64,000 bases of DNA, from positions 440,758,001-440,822,000 of the forward strand of contig CM097883.1 of NCBI GenBank assembly GCA_044892505.1, written 5' to 3'. This DNA comes from Schmidtea nova (taxonomy: Eukaryota). The translations under genes were made by a program, and so were the position numbers. The notes beneath the pieces are model-generated. The model was given only the letters and a program-made list of their open reading frames with translations. It ran no database searches and was not told where the DNA came from. Positions 43,001 to 51,900 of the stretch are shown piece after piece (position 1 is the stretch's first letter; each line of letters begins with the position of its first letter).

Positions 43001-45574
43001 TTTACGCAAATAACATACGTAAAAACGCAAGCAAAAATTAACGCAGTAATTTTAAGACTTTAATATTTCTCGGATCAAAACAACACCTATATCAGTCTTG
43101 TAAAGAATTTAATTCTCTACAAGATGGTTGTTTTGAAAGTTCTATTTGCTGCATTAGTCATCCATGAAAACACAAATTAAGTTTTATATAGGTGTTTTCG
43201 TTGTGACACCATTATTTAATTGAAATATTATAAACGGCAAAGTTGTAGAGAAATTTATTCTCTACAAAGTAGCAAATAAATAAAGTTTAATATTAAAAAA
43301 GTATTCTTTGTTTTAATTTCTTTGTTCTATTTTGGCATGGTGCCAATTTCTTTATTTAACGGACTTGGAAAATTTTTTGACGATGACTCATATTGTCTTT
43401 GTCTAGTAGGGGGGTATGTCTATGTTCTCAAATCTGTTTATGGTGATTTATTCTCAATGAATATACTAATTTTTAAAAGGACTTACATATGACTTACAGA
43501 TTTAATATAACTTTTAAATTAAATTTAAAAATATATATTAATGGGAAAAGATTCGGATCAAGTATTTCATACCCCCCGCCGGGGGGTAAAAAATATTTGA
43601 TATTAACCCTTTAACTTTATATAATGCATATATGCATTATGGCTAAAAATAATATATAAATAATTTTTCAAATTTCAAATTATACTAATCTATACTATTA
43701 TCTTATACTATTGACACTTGTTTAAGGGTTAATTATAACAAATTTAATTTAAATTATAAATTTCAAAAAACCCATGCATTTAGATACTTTACAGACGATG
43801 TTGATTCGAATGACGGAAGAACAACTATTACACTGGATGTTTTCAAAAGGACTGTATCATTCTGCCTGCATTTGCGACAGTTGTGGACAGGCTATGCAAT
43901 TGAAACATTGCAAGGATTACATTGATTGTTATCAGTGGCGGTGTATGGTAACCACATGCCTCAAATACCAAAACACCAAAGGTGTGCGGCAGGGAAGCTT
44001 TTTCGAGAATAACCACCTGCCAAGTCTTACTAACTTGAAAGCTCTGATTCAATGGTCAATAGGAAACACGCAGGTGACTGTATTGAAAAACGTTAAAATT
44101 TCCAAAACCGCGTATTCTACAATGAGGAAAAAGATTACGCGATTGATTGAACACGAATTTCTTACGCATCCAATCAAGCTTGGTGGACCCTTTTCAGTAG
44201 TTCACATCGACGAAACTAAACTTGACTAAAATGTCAAAAATCATAGCGGGAGAGGTCCAGGTACCCCTTGCTGGTGTATTTGCATCGTGGACACTTCTTT
44301 TACCCCCTCACTGGGATATAATTTAATTGTTAAAGATCGTTCTGCCAACACATTGATTCCAATAATCAATGACGTAGTACTACCCGGATCTACGATTTTT
44401 ACTGATGAATGGGCTGCTTACAGGTCTTTGGCAAAAGATCCTAACTTTGATTTTGGTACAGTTTGTCACAAATACCATTTTGTGTGTCCAATTACTGGTG
44501 TACACACACAAAATGTCGATTTTTGGTTGATTTTATGTGGAGAGAACGGCATACTGAAAATTGTTTTGATGATTTGCTTACGTTAATTAAAGTATGACGA
44601 GTTGTTAACATAAATATAATTATTTTTATCTCTTTAATTGCATGCCTTTAATCATTACATTTAATTTGTGTTTATTAATTACAATTTAATCAGGGGGTAT
44701 AAAATACTTGATCCTTAATTGGGGGTATAAAATACTTGATCCGAAACTTTTGACAAATTCTGATTTATTCTCAATGAATATACTAACTTTTAAAATGACC
44801 TTGAACTTGCTAATTTATATTAATTTTTTTATTTTTCTTTCTAATTTATGGATGTATTAATAAAATAGTTTGTTTTATACTTTCAATTTTATTATTTAAA
44901 AATTTATTTTAATGCTTTTTTATTACTTAACTATATAAAATTTTAATTAATTTCTTTTCTTTTTAACTTAATTTTAAAATGTTTATATTAATTTCTAAAT
45001 TAAATTCGAAATGGTATAAACTAAAAAAAATTATTTTCTTACTTCTTCAGCCATCTTTTCTGAGTTTGATATTTTTTAACATGTATAATTTTTTACAAGT
45101 CTAATAATATGTTAAAAAATCTAAATTTAAAAAATTAATTAAAATTAATCAATTAATTAATTAAAATTGTCATGTTAATAAATTATACTTTAATAAATTA
45201 ATTAATTAATTAATTAAAATAGTCATGTTAATTTTTATTAGTATTTTTGAAAAAGTAGAAAAGAATAACTTACAGATTTAATATAACTTTTAAATTAAAT
45301 TAAAAAATATTTATTAATGGGAAAAAATTCGATAATTTTTAGTAATATTAATTTCGAAACAGATAGAAACTTCTGACAAATTCTGATTTATTCTCAATGA
45401 ATATACTAACTTTTAAAATGACCTAAATTTTAAAAATTATTTAAATTTTAAATTTTAAAAATTATTTAAATTTTAAATTTTAAAAATTAATTAATTAAAA
45501 TGGTCATGTTAATTTTTATTAGTATTTTTGAAAAAGTAGAAGAATAACTTACAGATTTAATATAACTTTTAAAT

Positions 45575-45668
<94 letters not shown>

Positions 45669-48600
45669 TGGGAAAAGATTCGATAATTTTTAGTAATATT
45701 TATTTCGACACAGATTGAAACTTTTGACAAATTCTGATTTATTCTTAATGAATATACTAACTTTTAAAATGACCTTGAACTTGCTTATTTATATTAAATT
45801 TTTTTATTTTTCTTTCTAATTTATGGATGTATTAATAAAATAGTTTGTTTTATACTTTCAATTTTATTTTTTAAAAATTTATTTTAATGATTTTTTTATT
45901 ACTAATCTATATAAAATTTTAATTAAATTCTTTTCTTTTTATTTTTAAATTAATTTTAAAATGTTTATATTTATATTTTGAATGATTATATTTTTTAAAT
46001 CTTTTGTTAATAATAATTCAAAGTTTTTTTTTAAATTTAAATTTTAAAATTTGCATAAATTTTTAACTACTTCTAGAATATATTTTTTTAAACTCCCATT
46101 ATAAATGATTTTAAATTGTTTCAAAAAGTCAAAATTAAATCATATTCATCATTTTTAACTTGTTATTATTAAAGCCAGTATCAAAATGAATATATTATTT
46201 ATTGTTATTTTTCTATCAAACTTTTTGCTCCTCCCAACTAAGGATTAAATTAATGGAATAATTTCAAATAATTTGGCCAAAATTCAAGAGAACATGAATA
46301 AATTGCCAAAAGAATTTATGAAAATTGGAAATTCAAAAGATGAGTTGACTTCAGATTCAAAAAATGAAAACTTTAAACATTCAAGGGTTTTGTGGTACCA
46401 ACAACATCTAGGTATTTATTATGATAATATAAAAATCGACCTGATTTCAACAACAAAAAAGAACATGAATTCAAAATTGTCTTCTCAGGCAAAATCCGAA
46501 ATGATATGGAGGAATTTGTAAAAACTCAAGATCCAAAACTAATACCAAAGATTAATTTCTATTTTTCTGACTTTCTGAAATATGAAGAAAAATACAAATT
46601 AAATCCAAAGATTCCCATTCCAGACGAACCGAAATGGTATGAAAAGGAAGTTTTCATCATTATAATCTTGATGAGTTTGGTTATTATTTCATTTGTGATA
46701 TCTTTCAAAAAAAATCTGTTAATGTTGACTGGGGTCAGCCTGGTTCAGATAACGGTAAACAATTACCTCACTCTCGAGTCCAGAAAATTGTACGTAATCA
46801 ACGAATTTATCCCCAAAAATTGTTGAATTAATCAGAGCTCATTTTGGAATAATGTCAAAACTGTTTTCGGATTCGATTATTCTTATCCAAAAGAGTGTTT
46901 AAAATATGAGAAATTAATGGCGAAAAATTCATTTTTCAAAATTAATCTTTTCACTGTAATTGGAGCATTCGTATCGGATATATAGGGTAAAATTAAGGAA
47001 GTGATTACAGAATCGTTTGGTTCGTTTTATGAAAGCATGAATAGTATTTTAACTTGGTATGAGGCATCTTTAGTTCTTTTGATGCTCATTTTTATATTCA
47101 TAGGATTTATTTTCATTTTATTGTGGAAATTTGATAAGATTTGGTTTTATTTTAAAAGATTTAGAAATTTCCGATTGAAGCAAAAACAAATGTTCTCAGG
47201 GAAAAGGTTTATAAGGAAAGGAAGAATGCGAAATCACTGATACAAATGGCTGCAGTTTTAAAATAAATAAATTATAATTTTTTTATTATTTATTTATTTA
47301 TTTTTATTTAAACAATAGAATATGAACTGTTCATATAAATAATTATTTCTATCAATCTGGTATCAATCCAGAATTTGTCAAAGATGGTGAGATGAAGACT
47401 GCAAGAATTTCCAATAGAGCCACAAAGTTGAATGAACGCATCAAAAGTTTAGACGAGAAAATTGCTATTAGATTGGAGAGCAGTTGGAATCTTAACAGAA
47501 TACTTGAAAAAACATACATTTTGAATAAAAATAATGGATAATTTATTGTAGTATACTGTAAGTCGATAAAACGAGAAATAAAGGGAAAACAGATCAGCGC
47601 GTGTAAATCCTCACGTCAAAAAGAGGTGTGGAATCGAGAAGCAGAGGGCGCCCTAAAACGGAGGATACTTGACTTAGAAAGAACTTACTTCTCTCCAGTA
47701 CAGCAGAAGTTGGCAAGATCAAACCAGGCCGTTTGAGAACTGTAACTAGAATTAATAGCGACAAAGATTGAAATGAAACAGCGTCGAAAAGCTCTAACCA
47801 AAGTTTTCGTCGAAAAGGAACTAAAAAGGAAAATAAGACCCTTGACTTATGACGCCTGGTACCCAGAGAAATTCACTCAACCGGCTTCGAACGAGACCAC
47901 CAAGGATCAACCCATACCGTCAAAAAAATCGAAAACGAGCTCGACCTAGTACTAAACAAAGGCGGAAGTTGAAGAAGAAAAGAGAAAGGGAATTCGATTT
48001 TCAACTAACTCGGCAGTTGAAATACCAAGCTCGAACTGCTAGAAAATATCGTACCTTTGTGAATATCGTGTTGTGTATAGTAAATAAATGTATTAGTGTA
48101 TATTTTTGTTGTTCTGATTTTGACTTGTAAATAAAAGGTGTTGATGGGTTTATGGAGCAGTCGCAATAATGCAGCTGTGAGGATTGGTACACTTAAGACT
48201 TTCAATTTTTTGTGGAAAAGAAAAATATGCCAACTGTTGGGTTAAGACAACCACTCAAAAAAAGATTAAATATAAAAACAATTAAAAGAGTAAAAGAGTA
48301 ATTAAAAATGAAGAGAATTACAATAAATTATATAAGAGAAATATCAAATAGAAAATGAAAGAATAGAAATATCAAATAAATGTAAATAAACAGTAATTGA
48401 AAACAATTACTGACAAAAAACCCCCGAATTAGAAATTAAATAGAAAATAAAAATAAATTGAAAACAATCCCAAATAAATTGGACGAATAGGAAAATGAAA
48501 GAAAATAATTGGTTTAAAACAATCCAATTTAATTAGATAAGTTATTTAATATTCCCAACCAATTATAGGGGTAGCTGAACGCTGATTGGCTAGCAGCAGT

Positions 48601-50879
48601 CGCAAAATAGTATATAAGGGCTAGCCAATTTTAGTATTCTAGCGTTTACACTTTTCTACAACGATTTTCTATTAACTTTAATTGTGAAAATAATTTGCAA
48701 CAAGCGTTTTACTATTAACTGTAAACCTTTGACTACTTCTATTAGCCGTGGTAACTCAGAAAACTTTGTAGTAGAACATCTATGTATTTATCGTTAAAAT
48801 AGAACTTGAATCAAGTACTTTTATTGTTTGTTTTATTTATATAAATTTTTTGGGATTGTTTTTTTTTGTTCTTAAAGTATTGATAATGTAATAAAGTCAT
48901 GATGGCGCCCTGTGTGGTTATCTTAGGTGGCTCGAATCATCGGTTCCGCACAGGTGGGACGAGCGGTTTAAGCTATCGGGAAAGTAATGTAAATGCAAAA
49001 ATGCTAAGTAGATGAAGCCAAAGATTTTTTGAGTTCGGCAGTAGTAACAGATTTGTTTCGTTGTGTCTAACAGGTATAGGTTTTTCAGTCAACGAAATAG
49101 GAGTTATCTTATTTTTTAACTGCTGCTAACGAGTCCATTTGTAGAATTGGTAGATGAATGGAGGTACGATTGTAAAATAGTACATAAAATAGAAAGAGTA
49201 AATCCCACCGATTTGAATTTGAATAGTAGTTATCAAAATCTCAATAGTTATCAAAATCTCAATAGTTAGGAAATCATCAACGTAGCAAGACGAATACATT
49301 TTTAACCTGCAAAAGCGATCATTATACTCAGAGTATAAGACGGGTGAAAAGTGTCATTTAATACAGTAAAATCTGTAATTATAACCAACCCTCAATACAA
49401 AACGATGAATTAAATGAAAACAATGGGACTTTCGTAAGATACAAGACTTAATAAAATTGAACAATAGGAGTAGTAAAACTTCTAACAAAATAGCCAACGA
49501 GACCCATTGTTAGAGAAAACTCAGCATAGGATATCGAAATTCTGCAATAACAATAAGATTTCCGATCGCATAGATTCCATCCCATTCATTAATATTCTAA
49601 CAATAAAACGATAAGTGCTACCAACAATTGGGACGGAAACCAATATTCCCAACTTTTACTCAACAATAACATCAAAGCAGTATCCGACATTCACAGTAAC
49701 TTATAGAAATAAACAATTTAAGCGATCACTCCTAATATTAAACCATTCATAAATTATTACCGAAAAGTTTCAGTTTAAATCTAGTTAAGTAATTAAATTT
49801 TAATGATTTGGTAATATGCATAATTTCCTTTTGTAGCATATTTTAACCATGTTTAGTTTCGAAACTGCCAATACAACGGGAACTGAGGGTAGAGAGAACG
49901 GCAGAGCAAACAGGACAAATGACAGGCATCGAGGACCCGTCTGGGACAACCATTTAGTGATAACCATGTCGTTGAAGGCGATTCCTACAGATTTAGTCCG
50001 CGAGATATTCGTGGAGCATCAACGAGACTACTTACAGGAAGGTCTCTTCTCGTAAATTAGTCTCCATCGAGACAGCCCAGACAAGGTTGTTTGGCACGAA
50101 AGTGCTGAATGGCCAATTCGTGTCGACAATACCTACCCGGAAAAATTTTACCAGTATTTTGTCGAAACGCCCAGTGGACCAGGGACCAATTTTAAATGTT
50201 ATTCTAACTGAGAAATGAATGTTGCTTGATAGTTGAGTTATAATTAATCCAATAAAAATAGGTGAACAAGTAACGATAACTAATGACTTGAGTGCTGAAA
50301 AATGAGAGAAATCGAGTACGTTAAGCGTCGGAAAGTGATAGGGAAATATGGAAATACCCAATACGAGAAAAATGTGAAAGTCGCTAAGAAAAATCGGATA
50401 TATTAAAATATTTATGCTTGTGGACTCTTATATCATGTCTAATTCGAAAAAATCGACCGAAGACGAGTTCAAAGGCGAGAGATCTACAGCGTACAAATCC
50501 CCAGGAAACACTCTAACAAAACTAAAATGCGGATCATACAATAAGAAATTAGTTATTTTACACCCCAAGAAATGAAAATGACACAAGACAAGTTATATCA
50601 ATCAGCCCAGGCACTAAAACACTTTAAATTAGAAAACGACGCCTTAAAAATTGAACTGTGTAACTATCGAAAATATCTGACTCAAACGTTCGTTGAGAGT
50701 TATTTGAGAGATAAGACCAGTCCAGTTACGTTAGAGTTCCGAAATTTCAGATACAATGAGACAACAAGTCTAGACGTAAACGAGTCAGTGCACAGAAAAG
50801 ACGGCGTTTGAAGAAGAGATGGAATTTGAGACAAATTATTTCAACAGACGGATATTAATGCTATTTAACTAACTATCAA

Positions 50880-50923
<44 letters not shown>

Positions 50924-51900
50924 CTTTTACGTGGGACAAAGGAAACAAAATTGATTCTAGCCATTCTTTTCGCTCCTTTTGTGATCTTTGGAAATCTTAT
51001 TTGTCTTTTATTTTTTAATTTATATGCTGATGAGTATCAATCACTATTTGAATTTATCTACACTCTCAATATCGGTTTATTTCCAATTTATAATTCAGCT
51101 CGATATATGCCTTTATTGCAATACTCGGTAGCTCGATTTTATATTCTTAAATAATTTAATTATACAATTCAACCAAAAAATAGTAATAAATTACAACAAA
51201 TTTGTCAGTCTAGTAATCAAAATTTTCAATATTTATCACTTGTAATTCAAATTAATAAATAATTTTTAATTTTTAATTTTCAAATTATCTATCATCAAAA
51301 TAATCTTACCTAAATAAATTCTCTGAGTGATAAAGATTTGGAACATTGAAAGAATCTGAATTGAAAAAATAAAAAAAATTATCCCTGGCAAATTGATCAA
51401 ACACATACCATGATTGCCACGAATGTCAAGCCATTTTGTTATCTTCAATACATTGCTCTGTTCTATTATGCGTCGGTATTTCTGCCATTCTTCAATGTGT
51501 TGTTTGGAATTCAAAGCAGATTCGGTTTTAGAATCCGCTAAATCTCCCGAAACAACAACAAGAGATGGTAATAATTTATGGATATGCTTCGTACAGAAAT
51601 TCAGTAAATCTTCCGATCTTCCTTTGTCACCGAATTTACTTAAATGCAAATCTGATAACTTAAATGTTTTTGCGTAAAAATTTAGCTAAAAATTTAATGT
51701 AATTTTACTTGCACAAACCAAAAGTTATTATTCAAGCTATCCGTTAGAAGTGGCTTAGAATTGTATTTGTAATGACTAGGAATATTGGAATTTTTCAATT
51801 TAGCATTTTCTCTCGTGTCGAGAATGTAGATGAATATGGTAATGAAAATATAGATAAGTAAAGAAATTACTAATATAAAATTAATATATGAAAATCGCAT
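3927..51900 (-). CDS. TMEM62: TMEM62 orthologue (calcineurin-like metallophosphoesterase plus multi-pass membrane domain); 12 exons found, terminal exon(s) not located
   Basis: Exons 51900-51709, 51658-51409, 51355-51310, 23663-23516, 20260-20136, 19233-19081, 19035-18880, 18826-18661, 14414-14301, 12771-12690, 4200-4093 and 4045-3927 all have GT-AG boundaries and matching phases. They give one open frame with [55 protein letters not shown] and P...ELID..WG, colinear with human TMEM62 as recalled. Confidence 0.95.
4093..4200 (-). CDS. TMEM62: TMEM62 exon 11 (…[21 protein letters not shown])
   Basis: taatag acceptor; T|gtacat donor; 47-bp intron follows. Confidence 0.8.
4250..5215. repeat. 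About 455-bp tandem duplication with (ATATT)n microsatellites, spanning a gap
   Basis: 4250-4515 matches 4705-4955; 4600-4705 matches 5108-5215; may be an assembly duplication. Confidence 0.8.
4956..5107. other. Assembly gap
   Basis: Run of N. Confidence 1.
5246..5282 (+). ncRNA. Minimal hammerhead-like motif (family A) inside a fold-back repeat
   Basis: TTGATAA-A-GGC tgt GCC-GAAA; flanked by inverted arms cataatgactatag/ctatagtcattatg. Confidence 0.5.
5867..5903 (-). ncRNA. Minimal hammerhead-like motif (family A), probably inactivated at G5
   Basis: acac-TTAATAA-A-GGC tgt GCC-GAAA-TA-T-T-gtgt; 4-bp stem I. Confidence 0.5.
6099..6140 (+). other. Spliced-leader-like 42-mer
   Basis: GCCGTTGGGCGCTCTTGTCGGAATCTGTTTAAATCTTATATG; 35/42 identical to the Schmidtea SL as recalled; not followed by the GT donor of an SL RNA gene. 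Confidence 0.65.
6138..6437 (+). CDS. 99-aa ORF of unknown function starting at the ATG of the SL-like sequence
   Basis: Open, intronless; no recognisable domain. Confidence 0.3.
   Translation: MLKCKLLSGCCNLVGRGHFCQEVISHKSSRNSHVVIPEIPSKSSMIIEEFSKMVGNVYPFSKSIHDFETDLSILIDNLNGSNNNINFENFEKVEEIIRD
6985..7548 (-). CDS. ORF-B of the LTR-like element, 187 aa, coiled coil plus Arg/Lys-rich motif
   Basis: Acceptor tttctcctag directly before the ATG; AATAAA just after the stop; homologues at about 47600-48130 and 50435-50811. Confidence 0.75.
   Translation of the reverse strand: MNENKNRNYQQEVKEHKARSRALENRLRQLNDEHQRIKTTWFNPERVKAILQARYRAERVADEQAREVAALKLELSNYLRVATQEFITEQLRPVIRASTFHRWVDSISVTTSTQTEIEAIPIPTTPATTIIPEGSKRTKRRNRLGAKKRRERRAYADRLGIEVDLLSGLSEQELLNVIRPSVLLNYK
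7730..8449 (-). CDS. ORF-A of the LTR-like element, 239 aa, unknown function
   Basis: Intact ORF in GC-richer DNA; the FYQ(x)FV motif recurs in a homologue at 49849-50250; the true start may be a downstream ATG. Confidence 0.65.
   Translation of the reverse strand: MGQVVYIEMINRKVHQLILVIFLQSSMVKIENSRWRPVEFLPVKLEDCIIRKKRRTRSVVRPKVNPTIEGETEAPRRISEIARRHLRRWMRNHMSAAASIPACAFTLKLRWERDADWVSSSDPTKPESDQWFYQFVDDTNQPRWLLSTGMMSGRTFHRLGYVPLDRPRCGDTGEVFVYSNAPGSVSTEPYPEPKDLRLWEIFIYRDKLCWCPAPELYHANGIRRDENPADQELRPFSGS
10377..10640. mobile_element. Small fold-back element/MITE (about 80-bp inverted arms)
   Basis: 10377-10458 is the near reverse complement of 10558-10640. Confidence 0.7.
10700..11460 (+). mobile_element. 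Truncated, frameshifted mariner transposase (Hsmar1/SETMAR-like)
   Basis: [24 protein letters not shown]; IITCDK; VWWNAKG; [10 protein letters not shown]. Confidence 0.88.
11693..12583 (+). mobile_element. Non-autonomous hAT (Charlie/Buster-like) element
   Basis: TIRs CATGGGTTCCCAACCTT and AAGGTTGGGAATCCCTG; 8-bp TSD cactataa/ctctataa; weak C-terminal transposase remnant at about 12250-12390. Confidence 0.8.
12690..12771 (-). CDS. TMEM62: TMEM62 exon 10 (transmembrane [21 protein letters not shown])
   Basis: tatctag acceptor; A|gtgagc donor; phase 1 joins exon 11. Confidence 0.85.
13017..14172 (+). mobile_element. Mariner element with an internal deletion
   Basis: TA TSD; TIR CGTGGTGTGCCCAATAAG; HTH; TTDET, YDNAP and [10 protein letters not shown] (DD34D). 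Confidence 0.95.
14301..14414 (-). CDS. TMEM62: TMEM62 exon 9 ([15 protein letters not shown]...[10 protein letters not shown])
   Basis: tgctag acceptor and gtaatt donor; 38 codons; aligns to the KSVHHIFSV region of the human protein. Confidence 0.85.
16471..16510 (+). ncRNA. Hammerhead-like motif family B (U3-A8)
   Basis: TTGATAA-g-GATTAT ttt ACTATC-GAAA-att-tt; inverted partner of 17483-17522 across the gap. Confidence 0.45.
16585..17451. other. Assembly gap
   Basis: Run of N, flanked by inverted repeats. Confidence 1.
17483..17522 (-). ncRNA. Hammerhead-like motif family B (U3-A8), downstream of a Penelope remnant
   Basis: gaga-TTGACAA-g-AATTAT ttt ATAATC-GAAA-aatt; same strand as the Penelope remnant at 18050-18600. 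Confidence 0.5.
18050..18600 (-). mobile_element. Degenerate Penelope-like fragment (linker plus GIY-YIG)
   Basis: LRIPFI…TLRQAL…C and NIVYSIMCD…IYIGSTREL…[10 protein letters not shown], with frameshifts. Confidence 0.75.
18661..18826 (-). CDS. TMEM62: TMEM62 exon 8 (VFVWSF...LKWNPSNY...RVDVE)
   Basis: tttag acceptor; GAA|gtaatt donor. Confidence 0.9.
18880..19035 (-). CDS. TMEM62: TMEM62 exon 7 ([15 protein letters not shown]...[10 protein letters not shown])
   Basis: tttag acceptor; AG|gtaaaa donor; 53-bp intron follows. Confidence 0.95.
19081..19233 (-). CDS. TMEM62: TMEM62 exon 6 ([10 protein letters not shown]...LELELADW)
   Basis: Phase-consistent; TA|gtaag donor; 45-bp intron follows. 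Confidence 0.95.
20136..20260 (-). CDS. TMEM62: TMEM62 exon 5 (…[16 protein letters not shown]…)
   Basis: ttttag acceptor; GG|gtaatt donor; conserved WFGHYP. Confidence 0.95.
22530..22630. repeat. 38-bp tandem repeat, about 2.5 copies
   Basis: gtgattatttgaggctttgtt(g/a)gctttgattgaagaagg repeated. Confidence 0.85.
23082..23298. other. Assembly gap
   Basis: Run of N. Confidence 1.
23516..23663 (-). CDS. TMEM62: TMEM62 exon 4 (HYSVQG...[29 protein letters not shown])
   Basis: ttttag acceptor and gtaata donor; phase 2 in, phase 0 out; conserved [11 protein letters not shown]. Confidence 0.95.
24714..24866. other. Assembly gap
   Basis: Run of N. Confidence 1.
24980..26920. repeat. Composite degenerate tandem repeat, including a near-exact 270-bp duplication
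   Basis: aaggaattttggaacttttgac motif at about 25000, 25490, 25760 and 26335; 25460-25730 matches 25730-26000. Confidence 0.8.
28500..29600 (+). mobile_element. Highly degenerate pogo/Tigger (CENP-B HTH plus DDE_1) transposase
   Basis: VEEAL…[13 protein letters not shown]; [11 protein letters not shown]; RITALLC; KLLIIGNS; [11 protein letters not shown]; KVLLFV. Confidence 0.75.
30850..31572 (-). mobile_element. Partial LTR of the TGTTGGG family
   Basis: Terminus TGTTGGGCCAGCCAAAT shared with the 9866 end; CCAAT and TATAAATA at the same spacing; other end not found. Confidence 0.6.
32466..34001 (+). mobile_element. Full-length IS630/Tc1-type DD34E transposon with about 110-bp TIRs
   Basis: TA|CAGGGTTATTCATAATT…AATAACCCTG|TA; TIRs contain internal direct repeats. 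Confidence 0.95.
32702..33750 (+). pseudogene. DD34E transposase with one nonsense codon and one frameshift
   Basis: In-frame TAA near 32828; YLDETG; MDNVRFH; 1-bp deletion near 33510; [13 protein letters not shown]. Confidence 0.9.
37098..37488. repeat. 391-bp near-perfect palindrome
   Basis: About 195-bp arms, 2-nt loop near 37293, two visible arm mismatches. Confidence 0.95.
38600..39465 (-). pseudogene. ZSWIM4/5/6-like internal fragment
   Basis: [13 protein letters not shown]…[33 protein letters not shown] resembles ZSWIM5/6 DLHW.DSHLQHII…LW.EHVPTACARVDALRSHGYP.EALRLA; stops and frameshifts. Confidence 0.65.
39465..39779 (-). pseudogene. Invertebrate claudin-like (PMP22/claudin) N-terminal half
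   Basis: ATG at 39779; TM1 [21 protein letters not shown]; [14 protein letters not shown]; [21 protein letters not shown]; two frameshifts. Confidence 0.8.
40925..41477 (+). mobile_element. Internally deleted mariner, TIR related to 13017-14172
   Basis: TA|CGTGGTGCGCCCATTAAG…CTTATTTGGTACACCACT|TA; HTH remnant and C-terminal [12 protein letters not shown]. Confidence 0.8.
42260..42890 (+). mobile_element. Possible degenerate fragment of the TGTTGGG LTR family
   Basis: tttggg start, A-rich U3-like tract, and tagTATAAAAAtagctagccaa resembling tagTATATAAgggctagccaa at 48608. Confidence 0.35.
43555..44742 (+). mobile_element. Merlin (IS1016/ISXO2-like) DNA transposon
   Basis: TIR GGATCAAGTATT(T/C)ATACCCCC; right TIR duplicated in tandem. 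Confidence 0.9.
43774..44586 (+). pseudogene. Merlin transposase with a premature stop and a truncated C-terminus
   Basis: Zn-ribbon C-x2-C; VHIDETKL*; DRSANTL; IFTDEWAAY; VCHKYHFV; GVHTQNV; 43774 and 44287 are in the same frame. Confidence 0.9.
46186..47240 (+). pseudogene. Intronless degenerate membrane-protein gene, weakly CLCC1/MCLC-like
   Basis: Signal peptide and about three hydrophobic segments; SSFW…ECLKYEKL…F.IN; 3 in-frame stops and 1 frameshift. Confidence 0.45.
47320..48234 (+). mobile_element. 3' part of an ORF-carrying LTR-like element (ORF-A tail, degenerate ORF-B, polyA region)
   Basis: QKEV…ALKRRI…TYFSP…EL*LEL…[11 protein letters not shown] plus a basic [13 protein letters not shown] motif; 3' UTR aataaatgtatt…gatt(t)tgacttgt shared with 6980-6950. 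Confidence 0.7.
48235..50860 (+). mobile_element. 3'-truncated ORF-carrying LTR-like element
   Basis: TGTTGGG start; ctgattgg and TATATAA at about 48610; degenerate ORF-A (FYQYFV) at 49849-50250; ORF-B (YFTP…[19 protein letters not shown]) at about 50435-50811; ends at (TA)n. Confidence 0.7.
50882..50922. repeat. (TA)n microsatellite
   Basis: Directly visible. Confidence 0.95.
51310..51355 (-). CDS. TMEM62: TMEM62 exon 3 ([16 protein letters not shown])
   Basis: ttcag|AT completes GNHD; AG|gtaag donor; followed by a 27,646-bp intron. Confidence 0.9.
51409..51658 (-). CDS. TMEM62: TMEM62 exon 2 (LSDLHLSKF...SGDL...DIRGNH)
   Basis: ttaag|TTA acceptor; G|gtatg donor; metallophosphoesterase motifs. 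Confidence 0.95.
51709..51900 (-). CDS. TMEM62: TMEM62 exon 1 (N-terminal hydrophobic anchor to WFVQ)
   Basis: ATG at 51900; ends CAA|gtaaaa; 50-bp intron follows. Confidence 0.9.

Larger units (their letters stand above)
43430..45990. repeat. AT-rich tandem repeat array hosting the Merlin insertion; includes (TA)n at 45588-45665
   Basis: Unit ttacagatttaatataacttt…gggaaaagattc…gaaacttttgacaaattctgatttattc recurs at about 43495, 45270 and 45550. Confidence 0.8.

Noticed and set aside
48225-48245. …GCCAAC|TGTTGGG resembling a 2-LTR circle junction
   Set aside because: The ORF-B copies on either side are highly diverged and the upstream U5 is much shorter than in the 6598-9866 copy, so nested insertion is more likely
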